Assembly: GCA_951406725.2 (NCBI GenBank) | Contig: OX597827.1 | Coordinates: 36,580,001-36,644,000 of the forward strand | Length of the DNA stretch: 64,000 nt | Reading direction: 5' to 3' | From: Octopus vulgaris | Lineage: Eukaryota | Shown: piece by piece, positions 30,921 to 43,295 of the stretch | Layout: every line of letters starts with the position of its first letter | Numbering within the stretch: the first letter of the stretch is position 1 | Program-made: the position numbers and the translations under genes | The notes under the pieces: model-generated | Told to the model about the DNA's origin: nothing | The model's input: the letters and a program-made list of their open reading frames with translations, nothing else | The model's database searches: none

Positions 30921-31016
30921 TCTCTCGTTGTTTGCGTATTGAACTTTTTTGATTTCGTATTTCATGTGTTTACTTTTGGTGACGTCTTGTACCCATATAT
31001 GCATATCTATCTATCA

Positions 31017-31096
<80 letters not shown>

Positions 31097-31134
31097 GTCT
31101 GTCTGTCTGTATGTATGTATGTATATATATATAC

Positions 31135-31237
<103 letters not shown>

Positions 31238-31560
31238 TATGTATATTATCAATAATAACAAAGGGTAAAATTAATTAATTAACTAGTAATCAATAATTTC
31301 ACCAAGTAGAATTCGGCATGAAAAGGGACCATTTCTCTGTAAACTTAAGTAATATTTTATAATTAGGGTTCAGCTTTACCACATACCGAAGTTTAGAAAT
31401 AGATTTGCTTTACCACATACCGAAGTTTAGAAATAGCAGCCAGAGAACCTTAGCTATTTCCTCTACTTTAAAAAGTGATTCCTGGACAAAAACAAAGTAC
31501 TCGAAAACAATCCACGCAGGCAGAGAGGAAAAATAACGAAAATCAATCGATATTTGATTA

Positions 31561-31644
31561 CCCATGTACGCGTTTCGGAATTAGATCGGTATAAAGAATG
31601 TAGAATTTATATTTTACCCGGAACACTTTCCTCATCAGCATGGG
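31561..31644 (-). ncRNA. Canonical-core type-I hammerhead ribozyme
   Basis: cccatg-CTGATGA-ggaa...ttcc-GAAA-cgcg-TA-catggg; 6-bp stem I, 4-bp stem II base, palindromic stem III. Confidence 0.88.
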
Positions 31645-31967
31645 ACTTCACAATATTAAATCCGGGGACACTGGAAAATTGAACATACCTCTCTAACTAA
31701 CAGTATCAGACAGATCATAATCAACGTTCAGTACCGCCGAATTTAAAATATACGAATGAGATTCATCACCTTTCCATGCCTATTCGTGCTTTGTTGTACC
31801 ACTAATCAATTTTCATATTAATACTTCTACCTTTACGGTGCTTTATTTTACTAGAAAGTAATACGTTTGTATTGCAATATTTTGCAATAAATAATATTAG
31901 TTGATAATATTATTTTCCCTTGCTATACACAAATCATTATACTAAGGCGTACTTCACTTACCTACTC

Positions 31968-32044
31968 ATTCCTACATAACACTGAAGAGATGGAGATAAC
32001 CTGGAAGATTTCGTTACCTCTTGGAAGAAACGGCCGTAAGGAAC
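31968..32044 (+). ncRNA. Degenerate hammerhead upstream of a PLE ORF
   Basis: CTGAAGA...GAAA-cggccg-TA-aggaa; stems I and II disrupted. Confidence 0.45.
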
Positions 32045-32267
32045 TAGCACTTACACACCTATTCGGTTTTACTAACAATCTGTTCATTTACTCTTTTACT
32101 CATTTGCTCATTTGTTCATTTACTCAATTAATCACTTGTTCCTATATGATTATATGCTTTCACACTCTTGTTTTTGCAATTACCAACTCTTTCTATTTGA
32201 TAATCTGCACCACTAATACATGTGTATGTATTCATTTAATACATTGAAATAATGTGAGATTCCGAAG

Positions 32268-32723
32268 GTGATAAATCTCTCACATAAAGCCCTTTCGGAC
32301 CAGCAAATCAAAATTCTTGCAAAGAGATTGAAGTTTACCCCAACACCACTAAAGTCGAACTTAAATGATATACAAAATGATATCCAAAAATTCTGCAGAA
32401 AACTTCGCATCACTGAAGAACTGCTGGATAAAGTTAATAATGATCAATCAATCCTTCACAGTAAAAGTAACTACTGTCCGACAAAAGGAAGAAATCAAAC
32501 TTTGGATAACTTTTGTGAATTGGTTTCCAGTTACCCCTACAAATATACTTCCACCCAAAAATTTAAAATAAATACAAGTAGAGAAGAATGGGAAATCATT
32601 GATAATCTCAAGGAGGATGACAACATAATTATAAAAGAAGCCGACAAAGGAAGTTCTATAGTAATCATGGACTCAGAAAAATACATAAATATTACCCTAA
32701 TCCCCCTTCAAGACAATATGTAA
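32268..32723 (+). pseudogene. PLE ORF N-terminal region
   Basis: INLSHKALS..QIKILAK.LKFTPTP...D...FCRKLRITE and IIKEADKGSSIVIMD, typical PLE pre-RT motifs; truncated. Confidence 0.85.
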
Positions 32724-33170
32724 GAAAAAATTATAGCCATAGTAATTACATATTTGTATTATTCTTACATATTTAGATTGTCCTTTGAAACGTGCGTATG
32801 TACTGAATCCTATTTCGTATTGAATCTAATTTTGATTCAACATCTTTTTCTCCTCCATTTTTCTATAATTGTTTATGGTATATTTATACCTTTCACGATA
32901 TTTTTCAACTACTATTTTCATATTGTTATCATTTGCTCTGCCTGCTTTTTTATGAATATGATGAATCTTTATTAGAAATCATTTTCCCTCTTTTTGGTGT
33001 GGTCCATCATGTAGTGCAATCTGTGGAGCATAAGTGATGTATGTCCCAAGCGTGAACGAAATCTGATGAAAAATATTGATTTTAAGTGGGGTCATATAAA
33101 TAACCTGCCACACACACACGCGCGCGCGCACACATCTTCCGTTTATATATATTATATATATATATATATA

Positions 33171-33320
33171 CTTTTATTAAAGCTGCAAAATCTTCACAAA
33201 ACTTTTACTCAGGGTTTCACGTTCCCGTTCGCCGGACAGTTGTGATGTGATACTCATAACAACTGTCCGAGGAACAGGAACGTGAAACTCTAAGTAACAG
33301 ATTTTGCAGGTTTAATAAAG
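33171..33320. ncRNA. Inverted pair of hammerhead motifs forming one fold-back
   Basis: +: ctgt-CCGAGGA-aca/ggaa/cgt-GAAA-ctctaag-TA-acag (33263-33300); -: ctgt-CCGGCGA-acg/ggaa/cgt-GAAA-ccctgag-TA-aaag (33239-33202). Confidence 0.7.
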
Positions 33321-33456
33321 GTATATTACTCTACTTTAGGTATTCAAGTACTATTTTTTCCACTTCTCTTTGCATCTATGTGCTTACTAGTGTACATATA
33401 TATGTATACATACATGCATATATATACATGTGTGTGTATACATGCATATATTTATA

Positions 33457-33856
33457 GTGGCTGTGTGGTAAGTAGCTTGCTTCCCAACCACATGCTTCCG
33501 GGTTCAGTCCCATTGAGTGGCACCTTGGGCAAGTGTCTTCTACTATAGCCTCGGGCCGACCAAAGCCTTGTGAGTGGATTTGGTACGGAAACTGTAAGAA
33601 GCCCGTCGTATATATTTATATGTATATATATGTGTGTATGTTTGTGTGTCTGTGTTTGTGCCCCCAACATCGCTTGTCAACCGATGGTGATGTGTTTACG
33701 TCCCCGTAACCTAGCGATTCGGCAAAATAGACCGATATAATTAGTACTAGGCTTACAAAGAATAAGTCCTGGGCTCGATTTGCTCGACTAAAGGCAGTGC
33801 TCCAGCAAGGCCGCAGTCAAATGAGTGAAACAAGTAAAAGAGTAAAAGAGTAAAAA
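33457..33856 (+). mobile_element. tRNA-derived SINE with CORE-like ccttgggcaagt domain
   Basis: gtggctgtgtggtaag, ggttcagtccc; tail (agtaaaag)n; second copy at 40630-40790 (-). Confidence 0.8.
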
Positions 33857-33964
33857 GTGTATATATACATACAGCCAACAAAGAACCCACAGGAATCGAC
33901 CCATGGTAAATTGTGATATGGCTATTGTTCACGACAGAACATGTGCAACATGTGGAAAGGTTTG

Positions 33965-34398
33965 GGATCTTTTCGGTTTGAACGGCAGTTTTTAACATAA
34001 TTTTTAGATAACTAAAAAATTTCAAACTTCGTATACTGGTAGAATGTGTTTATAAAACATCTTTTTCTCTTGGCTTTATTGAGAAAATTCTATAGTTTAT
34101 AAGATATTTGTTGTTTTTTTTTCTTCAATTTATGCAATTCCAACCAATCAGTGACGTCTATTGAGTTAAAAAGCATTCTGTGCCGTATGAATATGTCCGT
34201 CGTTTAAGAAATAGATTGGGTTTATTTACATTTGTGAAGAAAAAAAGATACCCTTCCCCCACCCCTAACCCTAACCATAACCATAACCTAACTCTAAAAG
34301 AGATTGAAGTGCAATAGATCGATTCTAGGGTCATAATTATGGGTGACAATTTGATATGACACCGCTAGGAAAAACTGCCGTTCAAACCGAAAAGATCC
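33965..34398. mobile_element. MITE with GG termini and 8-bp TSD (Merlin-like)
   Basis: TIR ggatcttttcggtttgaacggcagttttt / aaaaactgccgttcaaaccgaaaagatcc; flanks aaggtttg / aaggtttt; internal (CCCTAA)-like repeats. Confidence 0.85.
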
Positions 34399-34439
34399 AA
34401 GGTTTTCCTTTCAGTTGGAGGATTGATATCTATTCTTAT

Positions 34440-35879
34440 ACAAGAATGATGTTGACAGTGACTTCGAAGTTTCGGCCAGTTAAGCCATTGTCAAACTGCG
34501 ATGCATTAGAATTCGCCTTTCTTTTATATAGTCTCTGTTGGCTTCAAATATTCTTTGGGTCTGTAGGTTTGAGTGAGATGGTAATTAGGTCTTTTTGGTC
34601 GATTGTTAAGAAAAGGTGCTTTGGAAAAATTTTAATTGTTTAAACTTGGGGTTATGTTATTGTTTGGAATTTATTCATGCATGTAGAACTTTGCCATCAA
34701 GCCTGTAGGTGGTTCTGTTTTGTTAAGTAGGCACAATGTGTGATAGTATGTTTGTTGCTTTTGATATTGGATTTATTCGTTTTACTTTGACAGTGTAAAA
34801 GGTCAAAGGTACAAAATCCAGTATTTAAGCTCATAGTGTTTGTGGGAGTGTCAATATTAATTCACAAAAGAATGTAGATAGGTGGTGAGTTTAGGCTGAA
34901 CATTTCTTGTTGTTTTTACCACAATGTGCAGCAGCCACTACTTTCCATATCGACCAAGAAATTGAATTATCCTAACCTAGCTGTCTGAATTACCAAACCA
35001 GTTTAGATAGTGATGTGTAGTTTGCTTTCGTCTCTATTCTCATATTATATTATAAAATGAGTACGTAATCTAACTTTAAATCTGTTAGAAGTCACGCCAA
35101 AGTAATCAGCCTACTTCTCGAGGCATCGCTTCAGTAGTTAAGACTCACAGTGACAGCAATAAATATGGAATTCAAGAAATATAACGATAAACTACGATAC
35201 AAAGAAGTAACCTTGTATATTCCACCTTACGTTATAAAAGTAAGGTTTAGATAACCTCAGATATCTTTTACTATGAAGGGATTAAATAGGGGAACGGTAT
35301 AAGCAATATTTACAGCACTAGCAGGGTTGTTAATAGTTGTTAATAGTTGTTAATAGACAGAAATACTGTCCTGAATTTTAGGATCGAACATTTATAGATC
35401 ACATTATCAATAAAACGCTTATTTTCTAGGGTCATTCAGTTGGTCGCCTACAATTACACATATTCAAGTTCTTTGCTAAAGTACTGTTTCTAAGTTCTGT
35501 GCTATTGTCTATATGCCTGAATTCATTATCACTGTTCAGATTGGTACTATGACGATTTATTTTGACATTCCTTATATTATTACGGTTGCTTCTATTGTTG
35601 CTACACTTGATAGTGTTATCTGTAGTGAAATTAGAATTAAAATGCGCTATTAACAACCCTGCTAGTGCTGTACATATTGCTTATACCGTTCCCCCATTTA
35701 ATCCCTTCATAGTAAAAAATATCTGAGGTTATCTAAACCTTACTTTTATAACGTAAGGTGGAATATACAAGGTTACTTCTTTGTATCGTAGTTTATCGAT
35801 ATATTTCTTGAATTTCATATTTATTGCTGTTACTGTGAGTCTTAACTGCTGAAGCGATGCTTCGAGAAGTAGGCTGATT
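34440..35879 (-). mobile_element. Decayed PLE 3' half with an internal inverted duplication
   Basis: YIPPY, MCNCRRPTE.PLENKRFIDNVIYKC, YFGVTSNRFKVRLRTH, TSLSKLVW...ISWSI, then terminal hammerhead; tail probably continues to ~33870 beyond the MITE. Confidence 0.8.
34456..34498 (-). ncRNA. Candidate hammerhead ribozyme (U3-A8 compensatory core)
   Basis: cagt-TTGACAA-t-ggc/ttaactg/gcc-GAAA-cttcgaag-TC-actg. Confidence 0.8.
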
Positions 35880-35889
35880 CTTATTCACA

Positions 35890-37066
35890 GTAGAATTATC
35901 ATCCACTTTCCGGCTGGAATTACAATCTCCTGCTTCTTTGCAGACAAAATCGGGTTGCAAGCAGAAGCAAAGTGTCGTCATTGGGTTCTTAACGAAAGAG
36001 TGATGGAGGCTGCCTGACACTCACAGAAGACTACAGGTTGTTTACGGAGCACAAGAGCAATGCACATAGATGGATTATGTAGATTAAAGGAAAAGAAACC
36101 AGCACTGGATCTGAACGCACACAGTGGGAGACCGTTTAGTGTGACCACAGACACAAATCGCCAGTGATTGCACGTATTGATTCACTCAGACAGACGAGTC
36201 GCAATCCATGAATTTGTTGCACAGGTGGACTGTGGTCATAATGTATTACAGAAAATGACGAAAGACTTTGGATATCGGAAATGCGAGCACATTGAGTATC
36301 TCGGCAGCTAATCCTTGATTTGAAGTAGAGACGGGTATAAGACCGCAATGATTTGCTGGAAGCGTTTGAAATTCTTGAAGATACATTTTCCTCCGATCTG
36401 GTGACAAGGAATGAAATGTTAGTATATCATTATGATCTGGAAACGAAGGCTCAGTCAATAGAATGGTGTCACACCTCTTTACCAAGACCTGAGAAAAGAA
36501 GCAGCCATCGGCACAGAGTCATTGCTGATTATTTTGGGAGATAGCATTCTCGTAGATTTTCTGGATCCTGGCTGCGTCGTAAACAACGAGCGCACATTGA
36601 GACACTCAAAAGGCTTAGAGAAGTCACAAGAAGGAAAGCAATGAATAAAAAAACTGTAAATAATCAACATTCACCATGACAATGCACGACCAAATACATC
36701 TTTAGCGACAAATCAGGTAATCGCTAAATTGGGCCGGTCAGTGATTCCCTATCCACAGACCAGCCCGGTCTTGGTACTCTCCAACTTCTACCTGTTCAGT
36801 CAAATGAAGAGCAGCCTTCAGTGAGGACTACAATTTGATGACGAAAACGTGGTGAAAGCGGTACAACGGAGTAGACCTGAATATTTTCAAAGAAGTTCGA
36901 AAGTTGGGTTCAACGACTGTGCAAGTCTATTGTGTTACAGACAATGTTCGGTAGTACCTTGTATAGATCAAAAGTTATTCTGCAAGCACGGGCAATATGA
37001 GCGATCTATGTTAGTTCATAAAACTTTTAGGCTCCGTTTTGCATTACTTTCAGTATAACCCTCCTA
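35890..37066 (+). mobile_element. Old mariner transposon remnant
   Basis: QKQSVVIGFL, LVTRNEMLVYHYDLETKAQSIEW, HHDNARPNTS, degenerate YSPDL (QTSPVLVLSNFYLF); right TIR-like ttactttcagtataaccctcc|TA. Confidence 0.8.
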
Positions 37067-37254
37067 CATACACAGACATACACAGATATACAGACACACA
37101 CAAATATACATAGGCATTCATACATATATGTATACACACATGCATGCATACATACATACATACATACATACATACATACATACATACATACATACATACA
37201 TACATACATACATACATACATACATACATACATACATACATACATGATACTTAC

Positions 37255-37288
<34 letters not shown>

Positions 37289-37293
<5 letters not shown>

Positions 37294-37510
37294 CTTTATT
37301 GCCCACATGGGGCTAAACATAGAGGGGACAAACAAGGACAGACAAAGGGATTAAGTCGATTACATCGACCCCAGTGCGTAACTGGTGCTTATTTAATCGA
37401 CCCCGAAAGGATGAAAGGCAAAGTCGACCTCGGCGGAATTTGAACTCAGAACGTAAAGACGACGAAATACAGTGACGTATTTCGCCCGGCGTGCTAACGA
37501 TTCTGCCAAC
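37289..37510 (-). mobile_element. Octopus-type SINE
   Basis: Same family as 30688. Confidence 0.9.
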
Positions 37511-37619
37511 ACACGTTATATACACGTGTGTATGTATATGTGCCTGTGTGTATACATATATGTATGAATGCCTATGTATTTTTGTGTATGCGAGTGTCTA
37601 TGTATATCTGTGTATATCA

Positions 37620-37688
<69 letters not shown>

Positions 37689-37774
37689 CAAAGAGAGCAC
37701 GACTGAAAGTGGATGGAAATCAAATAACATACATGGTGGCTTCACGTGATGGTGTTGTGTTTAGTTGAAGTGAC

Positions 37775-37925
37775 TACTACTGCCGCCGCCGCCGCTGTCG
37801 CGGTTGCTGCTGCCGCTGCTGCCGCTGCTGCCGCTGCTGCCGCTGCTGCCGCTGCTGCTGCTGCCGCCGCTGCTGCTGCTGCTGCTGCCGCCGCTGCTGC
37901 TGCTGCTGCTATGATGTAGTAGCAA
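37775..37925. repeat. (GCT/GCC)n microsatellite
   Basis: Direct reading. Confidence 0.9.
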
Positions 37926-38558
37926 TGGTAGATATAATGGCACTAACTATACCAGTACCAATGCTGAAAGGAAAGGTTATTTTTGTTGTTTGATGGTGGG
38001 TTGGTAGTGGTGATGGTTGTTGTAGTAATAGTTTTGTTTGTGACGTAGCTGGTAGCAATGATGTTTGTATGGGTGATGATGGTGGTGGAAATAATGGTGA
38101 TCATATTGGTGGTGATGATGGCGGTGAAAATAATGTTTGTGATAGTAGTGGTGTGATGGTAAGCTGTTATTTGGTTTAGCTGTTAAGTACCACCAATCGC
38201 CATCCACTCCTCCTTACCTGCAGACGCCTCACACAATTATTTTACTAATAATTAACCGATGTTAACTTCCGGTCAAGTACCTCAGTCACGACACGAAACA
38301 ATGCACTTTTCCGGCAGACTAAGCAGCTTAATGTTCATTCAGATATTGGACAGCTTTTGGTTCATCGGAGAGATGGGGGGGGGGGGGGGTGTTAGCATGT
38401 GGCGTAATGGTTATTTAGTCACAGGTCAATCCTGATCCAATAAACCTATACGCAAAAGCAAAAGCGTTCTAGCCATGGCCAGCTTATCTATTTAGAGGTT
38501 GGTAGAACTACATTATTTGACGGTAGTTGTAAGTTGAGGGAGGCCTGGCTGCTATTTT

Positions 38559-39265
38559 GGATCTTTTGTTTGGCTGCACCAGCGGAAATTTTAAAGTTTA
38601 GTGAAAATATTCAAATTTGATGTATTGATGTAATTTTCCACGCTGAATCTCAGGAGTTAATTCGCTTTTTCCATAATTAATTATTTTTTTCAAGTTACAG
38701 AAGTTTAAAGTTTTATCATTTTTACCCAGTCAGAAAATAGTATTTCGAAGCTGTCATTTCGTGTGTATTGCACGTGCTGTCAATTGTAAACAAATGAAAT
38801 ATTGGCGGAATTCTACTTTACACATGCCATATAACCCTTTATAACTTTTTCATTCTTTGGAATTTTTAGAAAATTTTTGTAAATTTGTATTCTACACAGG
38901 GGAATTCATAGGATTATGCAAAAACCAAAAAGGTAAGAAAAAAAATGGTGCGTCATTTAAGGTCTATTCATTTTTAGACAACCACTTCATAACTGATGTG
39001 TTTTAAGCATTTTGTAAGCGAAAATGATCGCGTGGGTGAGCAGCTTGGTAACAGCTTGGCTTGTAGCTATGGAAACAGGCACCTGTGTCTGTGACTTTCG
39101 ACTGGTTAAAATTACTCCAAATTTGCAAACTTTAAAAGCTACTAACTCCTTACTTATTGATTTATGGCGAAAATGAATTCCATGTCAATAATGGGCATAC
39201 AAAACTATATCAATTCACCGAATATGAAATCAACTGGAACAAAAACTGGCAGCCAAACAAGATCC
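38559..39265. mobile_element. Non-autonomous DNA transposon with GG termini and 8-bp TSD (Merlin-like)
   Basis: ggatcttttgtttggctgc / gcagccaaacaagatcc; flanks gctatttt / gctatttc. Confidence 0.8.
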
Positions 39266-39320
39266 GCTATTTCTACGAAACCGAGTGACTGCGTCGAGGC
39301 TCTCTATTTGGCTCAATTGT

Positions 39321-39392
<72 letters not shown>

Positions 39393-39689
39393 ATTGATGT
39401 TATGTCGTTCTTTAACTTACAGTCAGCCGTAACGGAGCAGACCTACGATCAAAGGCATTCCAACCAAAGCTATCACATCTTTTTCTTTTTGGCGGAGTCG
39501 GGGAGCGGTGATGTTGAACCTGAAACTAAAATAATCCAAAGTGTCCGTAGTAATATTGATATTGTCGGTGTTTTTTTTTAGCCCTTGGCCAATCTTGATC
39601 AGAGGCGTAGTCACGTTCTAAAGTTTGTTGTAGCTGGCACGTTAAAAAAGGCGTCGTGGCACATACCAAAACAATTTTTAAATCATTTC

Positions 39690-40625
39690 TCTTATAATAC
39701 GGAAATATGTTATATTACAGAAAGGCCTGAATCTCGAGATACGGACGATCTTCCTGGACTCAGATGGTAGCACCTTTAGACTAGTCGCTGTATACGCACC
39801 GACTGGGTTTTCTTGGGACATCTCATTCTTTAGTGCTAGTGGACGATTCGAACACCATCTTGGATGTACACCTGAATAGGGTGGGGCTAACCGATAGGAT
39901 AGGGGCTAACCGATAGGATAAGGGCTATTAGTATCGCACGTTCGGTCCGTTTAGGATGCCCAATTTCAACTTTTCTGTATGTGCTGGCTCTCGAGCCATT
40001 GCTACGGAAACTATGTTTCAAGGGCCATCCCGCACAAACTACAATGCAGCAGGTTCATATCGATTTATATGGACGACGTCACTGCAATAGTGTCAGACAT
40101 TTCGGAAATCGAGGTCATCGGCACTACCTTAAGGGGGTTCAAAGTGGTGACAGGAGCAAAGGTTAATCAGGAGAAGTCAGTGGATCTGCAGCTCGGCACC
40201 TCGAGAGGCAGATCCATGCCGACCAATAGCGCCGTAGGGCGCTGCTGGGAAATACTGGTTAAACTCTTCGGGGTTTGATGTGCTCTAAACCTCCAGGTGA
40301 ATAAAAACTGGAGAGAACTGACAAGTATAGCGGCCAGTCTCACCTAGAAATGGCTAAAGAGGATTCTGACCCTGCAAGGTTGGGCAGCAGTAGCGAATGC
40401 ATACACTGTTTTCATCATCTACTACCACCTAACTGTCGTCCTTTGCCCGGCCTCGTGGCTGATCAAGCTGGAGTGCTTGCTCTTCCGCTTTCTGTAAAAG
40501 CGACGTGCTCTGCTCGTCAGCAGTCACTGAGTGGCAGACTGGGCATGACGTGACTAATGATGTGCAGACTTGCACTGAAGCTGCGATATCTCCGGCATTT
40601 CCTTGATGGTGAGTAGGTGGGGTCT
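39690..40625 (+). mobile_element. Internally deleted Tx1/L1-type LINE ORF2
   Basis: FRLVAVYAP, DDSNTILD (GDFN-like), SVRLGCPIS, LALEPLLRKL, YMDDVT, VTGAKVNQEKS. Confidence 0.8.
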
Positions 40626-40629
40626 CCTT

Positions 40630-40790
40630 TCGTCAGACGGGAGTTTTCGTCTTCCAAATCCACTCACAAGGCTCTGGTCGGCCCAAGGCTATAGTAGAAG
40701 GCACTTGCCCAAGGTGCCACGCAGTGGGAATGAACCCGGAACCATGTGGTTCGTAAGCAAGCTACTTACCACACAGCCACTCCTACGCCT
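40630..40790 (-). mobile_element. SINE head (33457 family)
   Basis: Reverse complement of 33457-33610. Confidence 0.8.
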
Positions 40791-40819
40791 ATGTTTATAA
40801 ATTTTTCATTTTTTGTCTT

Positions 40820-40943
40820 GTTTCATTGAGGATTAAAGAATTGTTTTAGTTGAGGGAGATGACCAAAAGTACCGATATCTCTCGTAAAACGGGGGTGATA
40901 ACCCGATTTTTTAATGGGGGTGAGATAAACAAAAAAAAGTACC
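40820..40943. mobile_element. Solo arm of the 61820 MITE family
   Basis: agttgagggagatgaccaaaagtaccgatat...aaaagtacc is the reverse complement of 61821-61940. Confidence 0.7.
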
Positions 40944-41061
40944 CCAAAATACTCGAACTGTGCACATACACCCACGTATATACAAAGTCACAGACACACT
41001 AATACCAAGTCACTCACACACATTATGTACACACGTATGCAATATACATAGTTACATATAA

Positions 41062-41485
41062 AGTGGCGATCAGGCAGAATCGTTCTGTGTTGGACAAATG
41101 CTTTACAACATTTCATCTAGCCCTTTAAGTCCTGTGTTCAAATGCCGCCAAGGTCAACTTTCCCTTTTTTATCCTTTCGGGGTCGATCTTACTGACATCC
41201 CCCTATCCTAAAAATTTCTGGCCTTGTACCAAAATTAGGAATACTATACATACCTATTTCTTTACTACCCACAAGGGGCTAAACACAGAGAGAACAAACA
41301 AGGACAGACAAACGGATTAAGTCGATTATATCGACTCTAGTGCGTAACCGGTACTTAATTTATCGACCCCGAAAGGATGAAAGGTAAAGTCGACCTCGGC
41401 GGAATTTGAACTCAGAACGTAACGGCAGACGAAATACGGCTACGCATTTCGCCCGGCGTGCTAACGTTTCTGCCAGCTTGCCGCC
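41062..41485. mobile_element. Tail-to-tail pair of octopus-type SINEs (old + copy, younger - copy at 41253-41485)
   Basis: Shared gtcgac/tttcatcctttcggggtcgat domain in opposite orientations. Confidence 0.8.
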
Positions 41486-42139
41486 TTACATACATACTAT
41501 ACATACCCGCATATAGCTACACAAACACGCATATATATACGCGTACACTCATACACACTCGTGTACTTACGGATATAAATATATTCTGGGGCATAGAATA
41601 CTCTTCCAAACTTATCACACTTCTTCTTCCTCCGCCTATCGGGGTAGACAGCCAAATGTATAATTAAACCTAAGGAATTGCTTATTAAGTAAACTCTCCA
41701 TCACCACTATCGCAACTGCCACTGTCACCACCATACCTACCCGTATCTCACCTCGGCCATCAGAACTATCACTTCCATCCCCATTCTCATTATCACACTT
41801 ACCATGTTGCCCCTCACCAATTATTCCCACCCTACAAATATCAAGCACCATCATGAACACTACCATAATCACAACCGCCATAAACACCCCACGAAAAAGA
41901 GACTTATCCCTACTGTCCCGTCACCTACCAACCACTAATCAGACTTTATTTCATTGATTTACGAAGTTGATGGGGGTTCTGTACTGAAATGACCTTTACT
42001 ACTACTGCTGCTACTACTGGCATCTGCGCAAGATCACACAAGTGGAGGAGGGACTACTATTAGTAGCTAATGTGAGATTATAATTAATCAACGTTGGCGG
42101 GAACTGGACTCAAAATGTAAATGAGTGACAAAATAATAA

Positions 42140-42365
42140 TAATCCTTTCATCTAAAGGCATAAGGCCTGAAATTTTTTTTGGGGGTGGGTGGGGGATAAG
42201 TCGAGTTTATCGAGCCCTGTGTTTCACTGGTACTTAATTTATCGACCCCGAAAGAATGAAAAGCAAATTCGTCCTCGGCGGAATTTGAATTCAGAACGTT
42301 AAGGCGGGCAAAATTCCGCTAAGCATTTTACTCAGCGTGTTAATGATTCTGCCAGCTCGCCACCT

Positions 42366-42405
<40 letters not shown>

Positions 42406-42686
42406 TGTTGTAGTAGTAGTAGTAGTAGTAGTAGTTGTAGTAGTAGTCATCATTGTTCGACCGTTGTTCCATCAAAGCATTATGGAGGTCCTGTTGCTGG
42501 ATGCCTGTATCCCTGGAGATTACATCAGGATAGGAGAGCGTGCGCCCTCTGGTGTCGCGAGCAGATGGCTTCCAGGGGAGAAGAGTAGAAATTACCTCGT
42601 TTTCAGCTCTACAACAATGTCCAGCAAACTGAACTCTTCTACCTGTCACAAGAGATGATACAGGTGGTAGTTTCCCATATGTTTGG

Positions 42687-42742
<56 letters not shown>

Positions 42743-43295
42743 CCTTTGTATTATAGGCACAAGGCCTGAAATTTGGGTGAAGGGATAATCGATTACATCG
42801 ACCCCAGTGTTTCACTGGTACTTAATTTATCGACTCCGAAACGATGAAAGGCAAAGTCGACCTCGGCGGAATATGAACTCAGAACGAGGCGGCAGACGAA
42901 ACACCGCTAAGCATTTCGCCCGGCGTGCTAATGTTTCTGCCAACTCACCGCCGAAATAATAATAGTAATAATCCTTTCTACTGGAAGCACAAAGCCTCAA
43001 ATTTGTGGGAAGGGATTAAGTCGATTACTTAATGAACTCAGAACGTAGCGGCAAATGAAATACCTATTTCTTTACTATCCACAAGGGGCTAAACACAGAG
43101 AGGACAAATAAGGACATACAAACGGATTAAGTCGATTACATCGACCCCAGTGCGTAACTGGTACTTAATTTATCGACCCCGAAAGGATGAAAGGCAAAGT
43201 CGACCTCGGCGGAATTTGAACTCAGAACGTAACGGCAGACGAAATGCCGCTAAGCATTTCGCCCGGCGCACTAACGATTCTGCCAGCTCGCCGCC
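42140..43295 (-). mobile_element. Cluster of four octopus-type SINE copies
   Basis: Copies at ~42140-42365, 42742-42955, 42970-43063, 43063-43295. Confidence 0.85.
42445..42687 (-). mobile_element. RTE-clade LINE 3' end inserted in a (TAG)n microsatellite
   Basis: YGKLPPVSSLVTGRRVQFAGHCCR...LLPWKP...GRTLSYPDVISRDTG; tail gatgac(tac)n. Confidence 0.8.

Noticed and set aside
34260-34292. Telomere or telomere-healing site
   Set aside because: Few degenerate units, located inside a TIR-bounded MITE
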